A stretch of 64,000 nt of DNA from Paramecium tetraurelia (lineage: Eukaryota). The position numbers and the translations under genes are program-made. The DNA lies in the NCBI GenBank assembly GCA_000165425.1, contig CT868670.1, forward strand, positions 186,001-250,000, written 5' to 3'. A model generated the notes under the pieces. It did not search any database, was not told the origin of the DNA, and was given only the letters and a program-made list of their open reading frames with translations. Of this stretch, positions 40,861-55,000 are shown in pieces (position 1 is the stretch's first letter; every line of letters starts with the position of its first letter).

Positions 40861-42256
40861 TTTAATAATCACATCTTTGGCTGTCTTATTTATCTAAAAA
40901 TAAATAATAATAATTTCTATTTAAAGAAATAGAAAATATATTAAATATTATTATTTTTTGCCCAAACCCATTAAGTAGAGAAAATAATAAATTGATTTAA
41001 TTTTGATTTAATAAATCTACTAAAAGATTTATTATATTTCTAAATGATCAAACAAATTAAAGATTCATAGAATAATCTATTTGAGGATGGAAAACTCAGA
41101 ATAATACATGCCTATGTCTAAAGAATTTAGGATGAAAAGAAATAATTATTATAATAAATACTTCACAGTTGATTATATGGATTTATAGGATTTGTTATTA
41201 GAAATCAAAATTATTAGAATTTTAATTTATACTAAAATAAATATAAGAATTAATCAGCACAATACTCTCTTCGACATTTTAATTATTACAAGTGTATTCT
41301 ATAATTTAGTTTTCATTTACATTATCTTCTCCTTCTTTTTATTGTAATAATATATTCCTAATAGATTAGGTCAATTCAATTTATTGTTTTTGTTATTGTG
41401 AATATTTATTTGAAATCAACAATATAGACTTAGTAAGCAATGATTTACTTAATTATTGAATTTGATACAAAGCAATTTAAACTAAATGATGAGTTATTCT
41501 ATTTTTCTAAAAGAAAATAAATCTCTTTAGTAACAGATTTAAGAACTAATTAAAGTATTAAATAGAGAAATTATGAAGCATAATGAAAGTAATCTAAATA
41601 ATATTTCATAAAACTTGTAATTGCTTATTCAATGTTTCTCTCATTTATACATCTTAGATACTTGTATGTAAAGTACTTATTCTTCATTTTATAATCTTAA
41701 TACATGAATGAACATAAGACATCTTTGGAATCATTAAACATATATTATATGATTTAATTGAGGATTTATCATCAGGGCTTAACATTTACATAGAAGATAG
41801 TTTAACTATGATTTTAATAATTAATTTTGATTTCACCCTACTTTTTAAAACATTTTTACCTAATGTTGAGCTTATCAAAGTAGTAGGGAGGTGTTTGAGA
41901 TCCTAGTATTTATATTACAGGAATTTAAGGAAGTCTTTAATTAATAGTGTGAATAATTTTAACATTAATTATTGAGATAAATGGATTTAGATGAAATATT
42001 CGGGAAAATAGAGAAATAAGATAAAAAACCAAAAGAGAAATAACCATAAAAGGTTGATAAACCACCTTAAAAGGTTGATAAATAGCAAAAGTCAATTCAG
42101 AATAGGGAATAACATTAATTGAGATTGAAATTGAATCATGAGATAAATAGATTAGAATTGGTGAAATTGACAGCCGAGAATATTTATTGATAATCAATAA
42201 ATATAGACACAGCAAATTAATTTGTAAATGACTTTAGTATTTTGTAGCAAAATGAA

Positions 42257-42896
42257 ATGGTAGATTTAGAGATGGCATAAATGATAGGAGATGCTGATTT
42301 ATATGGGGATAAAATCAAGCATAAAGGTTTTTTGATAGGAAAATTTGAAAAACCATTTTAATTGAGAAATAATGCTGATGGAGAATAATAATGTAAGAAT
42401 TAATTTATAAAGTAATTAGAACCTCTTAAAAGTGGTCTAAATAGATAACTTAAGATATTTAAGAGAGATTTAGGGAATCTATCTTATGCTGCAGTGTCAA
42501 AGTTAAATAACTTATGGAGATTATATATTGAAGATTTATTGAGTAAGGAATAATAAGCAGATTCAAAGTTCTAAAGATTATTAAGGGCTGATTTTCATGG
42601 AGCATTGATTTAGATAGTATATTCCAAATGTAAAACCTACGAGGGGTAGGAGGGAATAGTAGTGAGGGAGAAGAAGAAATCATTCATTATCATAAAAGAA
42701 AATGATTAATTAAGTGGTAAATTAATGATAATATATCCAAAAAGTTATAGAGAAAGAAAATACCATATTTTTATTGCCAGTTGGAAATAAGACATATCGT
42801 TTACATGGATGTCATCTTATTATTAAACCATCTGAAAGAATTAGAAAGGATATCAAATATCATCCTGCCAATATTTTCTGTTATTAACAAATGTGA
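42257..42896 (+). CDS. POP4: Ribonuclease P/MRP subunit p29 (POP4/Rpp29)
   Basis: LNNLWRLYIEDLL...RLLRADFHGALIQIVYSKCKTYEGQEGIVVRE...IEKENTIF...LHG. One 28-nt intron leaves 204 codons. Confidence 0.88.
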
Positions 42897-42969
42897 TTAT
42901 TTTTATTTCATTTTATTTCGCTTGATAAATATATATAAATATATATATCTTTATTATTTAAATAATTAG

Positions 42970-43854
42970 ATGTCTAATCATCCATATAGCAATGCCCCAC
43001 CTGCTTAGCCTTTGGCCACCACTTAGGCTCCTAAATTTGGTCAACCAACCCTCTAACAACCAGTTCCCTAGGTAAGAATGTATTTTCATAGTAGTATGCT
43101 GTCCCATTGCAATAATCCCCAATCCGATAATCATATATCCAACCAGTTCAATATGCCCCTGCTCCTTAACCAGTCTAATATGTTCAATAACCAGTCTAAT
43201 ATGTTTAGTAACCAGTCTAATACGTTTAATAACCAGTCCCATAAGTTTAAGTACAATAATTTAATAATATTCAAATTAGCATCAATCAATCAAAGGAGAA
43301 TCAAGAATTGAATATGTTCCTTATTAAAAGGCTGTTGTAGAATATGAAGAATAAGAAGTGGTTCAATATGTCCCAAGAGAAAGAAAAGTGACAGATTATT
43401 ATGCTGTTGAGTACTAAACCGAATATGTCCCTTAAGTGTTTCAAGAGAAATTCACAGGTATTCTGAAATAGTTAATAAAATAGAATACGTCCCAGTTGAC
43501 AGATATCAAGAGAGAGTAGAGTATTATCCAGTCGAAAGACAAGTTGTCCATCAATAAGTTTAACCTGTCCAATAGGTTGTTTAATAACCAGTTCAAGTAG
43601 TCTAACAACCAGTCTAGGTTGTCTAATAACCAGTTTATTAATAACCAGTTTATCAATAACCAGTCTAATATGTTTAATAACCTGTTACTTATGCATAACC
43701 ATTGGTCGCTTCCAGAGTTGTTCCTTAAGGTTTCGCACCCACTTATGCTCCATCTTATGTTTAGTAATTCTAACCATAACAAATCCCTTAATAACCAAAA
43801 CCCTAATAATAACAATAACAATAGGCTCCAAGATCTAATGTTGGTCCACAATGA
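42970..43854 (+). CDS. Epiplasmin (Paramecium cortical membrane-skeleton protein), 269 aa
   Basis: Central domain GESRIEYVPYQKAVVEYEE...VTDYYAVEYQTEYVPQ...EYVPVDRYQERVEYYPVERQ flanked by P/V/Q/Y-rich arms. Introns of 20, 29 and 26 nt leave 270 codons. Confidence 0.88.
43167..43239 (+). repeat. Coding 21-bp tandem repeat (QPVQYVQ x3 plus partial) in epiplasmin
   Basis: taaccagtctaatatgttcaa / taaccagtctaatatgtttag / taaccagtctaatacgtttaa. Related units recur at ~43560-43690. Confidence 0.85.
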
Positions 43855-44224
43855 ACGATATTAATAAAATGAAAATTTATGTCAAAGATTTACCATTTCT
43901 TAACTCAGCACTATATGATTATTCTTCATATATGGTTGTAAAATTAATATCATTCTTTTAATCGTTATATATTGACTATCAGACATTAATTAACACCAAT
44001 TAATTAATATTGTATCATCTCTTTTTATAACTATTCCAGTCTTTTGATTTACAATCTCTATATGTCATTCCTAAGTGTAATCTTCAAATGGTATGGTTTT
44101 AATAATTCTGAAATGAAAGGGATTTGTTACATAAATAGCTTGGTAGTTCAAAATACTAAGTCTAATATCTCGTTTTCAACAAAGAAAGTGGATGTTTAAT
44201 AAGATTAATTAATTGTTAAATAAA

Positions 44225-45936
44225 ATGGGTAGTGGACTGTCGAACAATCAAATAAATAACTTTAGGTACGGTGTTATATTAGAATTAGAATGCTTTCTCT
44301 ATTTTAGGAGAAGTCTTTGGAAAATGATAAAGTAAAACCTGACCAAAGTGAATGTAACAATAAATTAGAGGATACGACAATGGTTTCACCTAAGAATAAA
44401 CTCAAGTATTAAACCAATCTAATTGAATTGATTCGTAATAAACCAAAAAAAGTTAATGCAACTCCAATGCGTGATAGTGGAGTTATTTCGAAATCCCCTA
44501 GTATAAATAAACCATTTATTGATTATGCTCAAACAAATCTCATACATTTTATTAGATCATCTTAAAAGATGGAAGTCATTATATATATTATATCTAGAAA
44601 GCTGAACTTTCCATGGAAAAATATCTCAATATTAAGGAATCTTAAATATTGGGTTCCCAAAGACTTAAGCCTCGAAAATCCTTAGCTGTTTAACACACAC
44701 TCGAAGTTGTTTAGACATCTCGTCTGGAAAAAAGTATAAATGTTGAAGGAATGGCACAAATTAATTAATATACAGTAATTGAATCATTGGGTCAGGGAGC
44801 ATTTGGAAAAGTTAAAAAGGCCTAAAATTTTAAAGGGGAATAATTTGTATTGATAATATGCTATATCATTAGGCAATTAAGATAGCAAACAAAAAAAAAC
44901 TAAAAAAGAAACTTTTATCTAAATCAAATGCATATACAATGTTGGAAAGGGAAATTGCTATTATGAAAAAAGTAGGAATTATTTTAATATTCATCATAGA
45001 TCTCACATACAAATGTAGTCCAATTATATGAGGTCATTGATGATCCTAAATAGGATAAGTTGTACTTAGTTATGGAATACATGGGAAAGGGTAGCATACT
45101 CAGCAAAGGGTTTTTTAAAAAGAATAAAGAGACATCTAATATTTTGGATGAAATTGAAGATAAAAATATAAATTAAAGGTTGACTGAAGAATAATGTAGA
45201 CATTATTTTAGTGATTTCATTAAAGGATTAGATTATTGTATTTAAAATTAAATTTAATTAAGTACATGAATGTGTTAATGTTATACATAGAGACATCAAA
45301 CCTGATAATTTATTAGTCAATATTTAGGATTAATTGAAAATTGCTGATTTTGGAGTTTCACATATCATGGAAGATGGATAAGATGGAAGAATCTCCAATT
45401 AAACTGGTACTCAAGCTTATTTGGCACCTGAAGTATTTAAAGGTATTTTATAATAATATCTTAATTAAAGGATCGAATTTCGATGGAAAACCTGTTGATA
45501 TTTGGGCAGGAGGAGTGACTTTATATTAAATGGTTTATGGTAGATTACCCTTTCCAAGTTAAAAGTCTATGGAACTAAGATAATAAATATTAGAAGACAA
45601 GTAAACTACAATGTTATAAAATCAAGTCCTCCCTTCCCTTAACCAATTGGATTTCACTCATCAATCCTCAAATTACTGAAAGGAATGCTAGAAAAAAATG
45701 CTGAAAAAAGATATAAAATAGATTAAATAATTTTAGATGATTGGTTGACTGAGTTTGGTAAATAACCATTACAAAATGAATATATTCAATATGTCGATGT
45801 TACTGAAATGGATATTAAATTCGCATTAACTAGTTTAAATATATAGATGGCTCTAAAAATTGTTGTTAAACTATTGTATTTATCAAAAAAAGCCAAAAAA
45901 GCAATTGCTTTGAAAAAATAATAATAGAAGATTTGA
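44225..45936 (+). CDS. CaMKK-family Ser/Thr kinase with N-myristoylation motif
   Basis: MGSGLS start, INQYTVIESLGQGAFGKVK, EREIAIMKK..HTNVVQLYEVIDDP..DKLYLVMEY, HRDIKPDNLL, IADFGVS, GTQAYLAPE, DIWAGGVTLY. Confidence 0.88.
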
Positions 45937-45961
45937 AAAATTATCAATATAAGATATCAAA

Positions 45962-47416
45962 TCACTATTACTCTCTCTAAATAATACTTCCAGTTAAAAA
46001 ATTCATATTTTTAAATTTACTCATGTCTTAATCTCTATCAAATGTTGGATCATTTATTAAAATGTCCTCAACATCTGATTATTATTATTGTTCAGCAGAT
46101 TATTATTCTACTTCATCTTCATGTTATTTAATTTATCTAAATACTTCAAATTAAGCAGGAACTCGATATTTATTTATTCTAAAAATTCATATCATAATTA
46201 CATACTTCTTTTTATTTATTTTTTTCTCTATTGTTACTACTATTACAATCCTACCTACTTATAAAGCTAATCTTTTTGGAGAATTCAATTAAATCTATAA
46301 ATCTTCATCTTATGCTAGTACTAGTGTTCCAAATTTTGAACAATTATCTTCTAAAAAAAAGGATTATTCTTAATGGTTAACCAGTATACTAGCATGATGT
46401 CTAGAGACAGAAATATCATGCAATTTTATATCACAATCTTATGTTCTGCCTATTTTAATTGTATCCCTTGTTTTTATATCAATTACATATAGTCCCTACT
46501 CTTTATTTTTATCGCTATGGTTTATTTATAATAATAAATAAGGTTCCTTAGGTTTATTTATATCGCATATATTGTATTGGATTGTCTTAAATTTAAATGA
46601 TGCTATAAATGATATTTTGAATACTTACTTTTGTACATAGTCTTACATAACTCACATTTCATACTTTTCCAATAATATAGAGTTACTCCATTTTATGTTT
46701 TTGTTTTTAATTGACTATTTATCCAACTTTGTAAGCATTTTAAATGTATATATTTGATAGAACCAGCGCATTTGCATGGACTTATGAAGGGATTTTCAAA
46801 TTTTGCCAATTTACTTAGACAAAATCTGCATTACACTTAACCTTCTACAAACTCACTATCATTTAAGTTATTTTTTTCATCTAATTCATCAGGCACTCCT
46901 CCCCCATCATCAAATTCATAAGCAAAGCTATAATCAAGGACTGTCAACTTGACTCTTCCTAATTTTATTGTTGTATTAATGATTAATTTTTGACGCTCCA
47001 AAGTTGGTAAATCTGATGCCTGGATAGGACGAATGACTTTCCAGAATGCATTTTCAATCTTAGGGTTATATATTTCAATATATTTTTGATTACTACGAAA
47101 CTCAAATATTTCTCTTTAATTTCTTACCACCTCCTGTATAATAATCTAAATAATCTTACATTTTTTGTTAAAGCCAAAATATCTCTGTCCAATTGAACCA
47201 CTCTTCCTAATATATTTAAGGGAAATACCTTAGAAATCGAAATCAATTGATTTTTTTACTAGCGAATCACTCTCATAATCAAATAAATTATGTCCATTAT
47301 CAGACCAGATGTATGCCATCACATGGATACTAACACTCTTAATATCTATACTTATATGGTAGTTCCATGATGTTAAATACATTTTGGTTTTTAATATTTG
47401 AACAAGTTGCACCCAT
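45962..47416 (-). CDS. FHA + RING-CH (RINGv) domain E3 ligase-like protein
   Basis: MGATCS start, RINGv CRFCL...PCKCAGSIKYIHLKCLQSWI...CELC, FHA IKIGRTQDCDIKLHDISVSRHHA...DNCSKFGTL. TGA at 45962. Confidence 0.85.
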
Positions 47417-49034
47417 TCTTATTATTTTATTATTATACCTAGATTTATTATATTAATATCAATAATTAGCGAATTATTTTATTTAGCAAAAAGATAACTA
47501 ATGATAAGAATTGATTTCTTTTAATTTAGATTAATAATAGAAAATTATTTTAATGTTTCAAGAGTTTTCTACAAATATTCCAATTATTTATGAACATTTT
47601 CCAACACTAAAAAGTATGAGTAATATTCTAAGAATGAATAAATTTAAGTTTAATCTAAAAATATTGACCTGATATGTTTAACTAGCCCTTCAAGATTATA
47701 ACAACAAGGAAACTACAGCAATTAAATTAAATGTATAAGATTAAGAATGAAAATGAGTAAGCAGATATATATAAAGTATAATTAAAATTTAATATCATAT
47801 TAGATGCAAAATTGTAAAGAAATGTTGGAAACAATTGATTGACTTATATAACTGAATTAAATTTAAAAAAACAAAAAATAAAAGTTATTTATTTCGATAC
47901 AAAAAGCCATCGGTTTATTTATAAGTTATTGAAATTACTTTTATCTCAGGGTATTAATAGTAAGATATAAAAGCTTTAATTTACACTTTTACATAGGAAT
48001 CTGTTTGGTTTTATAATTTCCAATACTCTAATATCAATTAAAAGGCAAAATGCATTATTCTAAAATACTATCCGACGGTTATTAATTCTTTTGTTATTTC
48101 CTAAATAATCCATAGATTACAATTCATCATTTAATAACAAAATGATATATAAATGATTTAATAATTCTTATACAAAGCAATAAGCAGTTATTTTACCTCA
48201 TATATAGCGAATTGAAAACAGCATGTAAAATCTTAATTGTTACAATATGTTGTCTTTATTCTTAATAAATAAATATGTAAGGTTGAGATATCCTGTTAAT
48301 ATTAAATTTGATATTCAATATTTACTAGTAACCCTTTTGAGAATCTATACATGTATAAATTTAGTTGAATTAAAATTACCTTAATCTAAATAGCTATTAT
48401 TCCACTTTTTAGACTCATTTAATAGTGCGCCACTGATTGAATAGGAATTTACATTTAATTTTAGTTGGCAATTATTTTCAAGACTTTCAAATGTCTACAT
48501 CTAGATTACTTATAAACTAATACAAATACAAGGAATGAAAAATTATTATGACTCAAATAATAAACAGTTTATAAAAAATAGGCTAAATTTGATGATAATT
48601 GGTAATAAGAAAATATAGCTATATTTGGTTGTAACATTAAATTTTATATGAATAATAAGTATGTAAAATGGAACCTTTAGATAGTAATAAAGAGCTGTTT
48701 GTTCATTAATTTACGGATAATCGCATAATAAAGGATTGATTGATGTGCTTAAATAAAGCAATAATGTCTAAGAATTTAGTGTCTATTTATTATATTGTTA
48801 ATTCGCATATATTCAACTTTTTATTTAACATTCATGATTTCGCTTATTATAATGAATAGTTGAATTCTTTTTCGAATGTTTAATTTGCGATATTTTAAAG
48901 AGATTAATTATTTCTTTTGCAATTGTTCAGCTAAATTGGAGTAGCTAGATCGTTGCAAATCAAAATTAATATTGATATGAATTTTGAGATCAAAACTAAG
49001 TTCTTAATTGATTTGTATTCTGTTATAAATTAAA

Positions 49035-52000
49035 ATGAAATAATTATTCCTGAATTATAGGCATAATAATGAAATGAGAAAAAATACATATCAAGTACTA
49101 TCTACATAGTTAATAAGATTCAATTTAGAAATGGAGAAACTGTTTCATCCGAAGGATTTTTAGAAAGTGAAAATAAAATTTAGAGGGTGAATTTTATATT
49201 TCTATTCCCTTTAAGAGCCATTAAGGAAAACATCTTCTACTTCTTACTTCTTATATTATAAGCATTTTCTTCTCTGCCTTTTTATTTTGTGGCAATTCCC
49301 TTGGTTTTATAATAATGGATAATCGATTTACACAATTGTTTAAAAATACGAAACATGGATAAAATGTTAAAAGAATAAGAGGCAAAAATTATAAAGTAAT
49401 GGGATGATTGCATAGTTAATAAGGAAATTATATCAAAAATAAAGGAAAGATAGGATTAGAAAGAATAGAGTGAGAGTAATTTGAGATTAAAAAGTAAGTC
49501 TTAATTTGAAAGAAATTCGTAAAATAATAAGAAAGTTGAATATGGTCAGAGTCATAAGAAAGGAATCTCTAAAACAATTATATGTAATGCAATTACTTAT
49601 TTATTTTAGCAAATGATTCCATTCCATTTTAATAAATCCAATACAAATAACAACAAAGTAACAAAAATATCAAAGCCTCGGACAATATTAAGAAATAAAA
49701 TCAAATGAGTCCATTAATTTATAAGGATTTGGCTTTGAAATTGCAATAAATCTAAATAATGGAAAATGATCCTTTGATTATTCAATTTAAAAAGCTGGTT
49801 CCAAGCATATTTCCTAAAGACCTAGTTTAAACAACTGCAAAAGTACCATTAAATGAAAAGTTGAAAAAAATGGAAAAAGATAAAATGAATTTAATTAAAT
49901 CTCAAAATGTGCAAGATATTAAAATAGGTGAAGTTATATTATTGCAAAGAAATGAAATAGCCCCTTGTGATATTATTGTTTTACAATGCAATGATGAAAA
50001 TTTTTGTGTTTAATAATAATTATGTGATTACTCTCAATCAACTGTGAGAAAGCCAGTAGTGTAAAATAGATGTAAAAATTAAATCTTTGGTATTAGCTGA
50101 ATCATAAACATTGGTTTAATTTAAAAAGTCTTTGACTGGAAATATAGTATTTCATGAACAGAACTCTTAAATCAAAGGTTTTTTTCAGCTAAAGAAAGAT
50201 CCTTAATCCAAAATGCTTGACTTTGAAAATTTTATATTCTGCCAAGAGAAATTATTGGCAACACCTTGGATTTTGGGAGTTGTTGTAAAAGTGGGCAATG
50301 GTTGCTTTTGCTATTAAAAACTCTAAGGAAAATTAAGATTTGATAATAATTAATATTTTGGATTTTACTTTGTTATTTGTGTAATCATGATTGTAAATAT
50401 TTGTATATCCTTTAGATTTAAATCATAGCTTTTAATCAAAATGAATACTTGTTTGAATTACGATAGATAACCTAAATTGTACTGGATAATTGTGTCTATT
50501 TAATTTTAATGGTACCTCATTTCTTTAAGATTTATTATAATATATGCAGTCTATTTTAACTGACTATAATTGGTACCATGGATTAAAAATAAATTATGTC
50601 ATGTCACATAGATAGATATTTGGAGAAACAATTCCTTACTGTTAGTGTAGAAGCATTTATAGAATAGTCATTTAAATTGAAACGCATTATTTACAACAAT
50701 TAATATTGTGATTTTGAAGAATAACAATTTTTGCAGTTCTTGACCACTGCAGAAAATGGATTAAATAAATAAGATTAAGGTAAGAATCCTTATGATATTA
50801 ATTTAGAACAAATGAATAATTAATTAAATTCATAAGTGGTTAATTATGAAATGTAGAGCTCAAGTTCAGAGATTTTATTTAGTTAAAGAGAATGCATTGT
50901 TAATAAAGTTCCAAAATCAGTTGATGGTAGGTTTATCCACTTGTATCAATAAGATTATAAAGATGAATTGAATCTAAATTAAGCTCAATTAATTATCTAA
51001 GAATAATTTTAGAATGATAAGAATTTATTCGAAAATTAGGAGATAGGGGATCATCTTACGGCTTAAAGATAATCTAATCAATAAAAAAGCTCAAAAATAT
51101 ATCAATCATCAAAGGATTAGGTAAAATAAGATAAGTATTTAATTGATGAAAATGCTCTATATAAATCTATGATATAGAATAATTCAAAAAATGAGCTCAA
51201 TCCTTTACTTTTGTAATTGGCAATGAATCATCTTGCATTTTCGAAATTACTGATTACCGAAAAACATGAATAAAAAGTCAAAAATAAATTTCTCAGTTTG
51301 CTTGATTAAAAGTAAGTCAATATGGCTAAAATGATGGGTTATGAATTCATTTGTGTTAATAATGTTTAGTAATATATTTATCATATTAAATAGGTAGTAA
51401 CAACATTATATCATCTAAATCAACAAGGAACTTTATTAATTCAAACTAGTCAACACTAAATTACATATCCAAAACCAAAGACTGTATATGCTATTTGAAA
51501 TGGATGATTGTTCTTAAGAAATTGATCAACAATTCATTTTATTTTTGAGAGAAGCTAACGTAAGGAAAAATGAGAGTATTGAAGATAAGGTGTTGAAACT
51601 TCAATCAGAGTCATTGCATTACATATACTATTACTATTGTTTTTTGAGTTAAGAAGAAGCTAACTTATATTTATCTTCTGCAGAGAGTAATACATCAGAA
51701 AATTAATTGTACACGCTCATGGAACAACTATTTAAATTGAATATTATATTTGGTTTGAGCTATGAGTTGAAACAGGATTGTCAAGATTTTATGAGAAACA
51801 TTAGGAAATCAGATTATTAATTATTCATTTATACACAAAATTAGGAGATTTCAGCAACCTCTATACTATACTAAACTGAATTATTATAATAAAATGATTT
51901 AATCTTCCATTTCAACTAATAAAATGAGGAAGATTTAAGAGCCTACTTTAAGTAATGTCTAGAAGAATTTTCCAATTAGTTTTCTCATGCTAGCATCAAT

Positions 52001-55000
52001 AGTTCTAGATTTATCAAAATATCTAATTATAGTGCTTAAAAGTCTACTGAATTGGATCATGTAGCAGAAAAATCAAAGACTAAAAAAGTCTTTGTCATTT
52101 TGAACAATTCAACTTGTTAATAGATAATGGAAAATGCTTATTTTAAGAACCATTTAAAATTATTACTTAATTTTACCAAAGCATTATTTTTGTACTAAGC
52201 AACTCAAGATCAATTAAATATTGTTTAAGATTTATGGTGTACATCAGAGAAAACTATCAATCTATTATATGAAAATTAAAGCTTGTTAAGATGTATTAGT
52301 GGATGTTAAATTTAAATATTATAATTATAACAATTTAGCTAATTTAGGGATTAGAAATTCGGAAGAGTGGACAAGAACAATTTCTTTAGGAAATTAAAAT
52401 AATCTTTGAGATAAAGACTTATTTATGAAAAATGCTATTATAATGAATTGCAAATTAATTCAAACACAGAGGTAATTATTTAAGGTTTTAAAGAATTGAA
52501 TAGATTATTATTCTTTTAAAGTCCCTTATTAAAAATATTGTTTAGATCTTTATAATAATAAACTGTCTACAAAACAGTAACATTTATATCTTATTTTACT
52601 TTTACTTCAATTCTTTACACATGGAATACATTAGATTAATTGAATTACTTGATAGAAGTAGTATTCTATTTTTACATATACCAATTCTTTTTATTAGGTA
52701 TCTAACATTATTAATTTCTTGATGATTCAAAAAAACTCAAATACACTCGGGATTAATCTCTTTTACTTTAGTTGTACTCTAAACATAAATCTGAAACTGA
52801 AATATAGATATTAATAATAATTAAGAATATTTTGTAAGGAATAATAATCTCATGCATATTCTTATATGATATTTATTAGAAAGAATTTTATCTTTACATT
52901 TTTATGTCGATTAGCATCAGTGATTGGCTTTGTATAATAATAAATTTTGGACTGAAATTAAAAATTATAGCTTGTAGTATCTTTTCACTCCTTTTTTACA
53001 TTTACACTTTGCTAGATGCACAAGAAGATGAAGAATGGAAAAATCAAATAAATACTTAGGAAGTATTTTCAATTATCTTAGGAGTTTCTTTTATGTTAAT
53101 TACCAATATTCTAGGGGATTATCTATAAAATTGCAGTGTAAATGATCTTCCTAAAAAGGAAGAAGAATTTTTATCTTATTTAAGTTATATCCATCTAATT
53201 AGTGCACCTGTTTAAAAAAAGAAAACTGTAACTATTTTGTAGAATAAAGTAAATGATCTCTTTGATAACATAGAACAAGTAGATTTGAGCATCCAAAAAT
53301 GTAAATACAAATTATTACATTTTAGTATTGTTAAATGAGCAAAATTATTAGAGCAGGTTTGGTCAATGGACATAATAGATTTTCCATAAAGCATAAACCA
53401 TATTAAAATGGAAACAAAAATAAACTATTTAATGTCTTTAACTACTATTTTATCATTGCACATTCCTACTCATAATGTATTTGTATCAAGATTACAACAA
53501 TTACTTTTTAGTAGATTATTTGATCATTTTTGGACTTCAAGTAATTGTATTTATCTTATTTACATTTATTCAACTACCAACTAATAAATAACAATATCTT
53601 GAGTATGCCAAATTTATTATTGCAACTGCAGCAACAGTTTCAATTCTTTTTACATCAAATAACTCTGAACATATTGGATCTACATTAGTTATGTAGTATT
53701 TTATAACTTATTAATTATCCATAAAATTCCATCCAATTTATGATTACAGATTATATCTGGGCTCCACTTTAACAACAATAATTGGTTATATAATTTGGTA
53801 TATTATTGAGAATGAATCTAATGTTTCTTTCATAATTTAAATCTTATAATTTATTGTTCTGTTTTCAGGATCTCAGTATTTTGTAAAGAGCTATGTAAGA
53901 TTATTAACATAATAAATCTAGTATATTTAATTAGAAGAAGATTAGGCTTAAAATAAATTAAACTTTATTGAGTAAAATAATAAAATTAATGACATCCTTG
54001 GAATACTCTTACCAAAATTCATTAGAGATAGATTAAATGAAAGTATTTAAGTTGAATTAATATTTTAGCTGATTAATATAACATCCATTAAAACTAAGGT
54101 TTAGTGGCAATTGTCTTTTGTGACATTTGCAATTTTGATTAAATGGTCATAGAAGAAAAGGATAAAATTATTCCATTTTTGGATGATATATTTAGAACCT
54201 TTGATAAATTCTGTTAGGTTTATGGTGTTTAAAAGATAGAAACAGTTGGAAAAACTTATTTGGCTTCGGCTGGTCTATAGGCATGTGAATAAGAATTAAC
54301 ATATTTGTCCTAGGTTGATCCTGTTTAGAGAGCATTGAATTTGGCTGAATAAATGATGAATTATATAAGATCAAAATAGTAATACTTTATTTTATCTAAG
54401 GTGGGGTACATAGGGTTAATAATTAGTTGGGAAGATTGGAATTCATTACGGAGGAGCTATTAGTGGAGTCATAGGGTTTCATAAACCTTAATTTTCCTTA
54501 ATTGGTGACACTGTAAATACGACGAGTAGAGTTTGTTCAACTGGATTAGAGGACACAATTACTTTGTCAGAATAAGCATTTGATTAAATAAAAAATGAAA
54601 ATATTGAATTTGAGATCAGAAATGTAGAAATGAAAGGTTTGGGTATTAGACCAACCTATATATTTAAATGTAAGATTTAAAATAAAGACAATACTTATTC
54701 TATGCAATATGAACAGGATTTGTAAAGCAGAGATGCAAGAAGCTACGTTGTAAGAAAGAATCCTGAAATATTGAAAAAAAACTTAAAGAAAAGAAAGACC
54801 ATTTTGACATATATAGATACTATGAATTAAAGAAGAGAGTCAATTTAAGATAAAGGAACTCAGAATGTTTTTGGTATTAAACCTACTGATCCTGCCATTT
54901 ATTAATCTTATGATGAAAAATCAGAATAATCAATTCAATTATTATCTAAGCAAGTTTCTGAAGATAAATAAGGAAAATAATAATCTTTAGAATAACCAAG

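Noticed and set aside
42958..43864. ORF-track entries with N/Q/L-rich repeats on both strands
   Set aside because: They are alternative-frame and antisense readings of the epiplasmin repeats. This is not a CRISPR array because there are no unique spacers and the repeats are coding.
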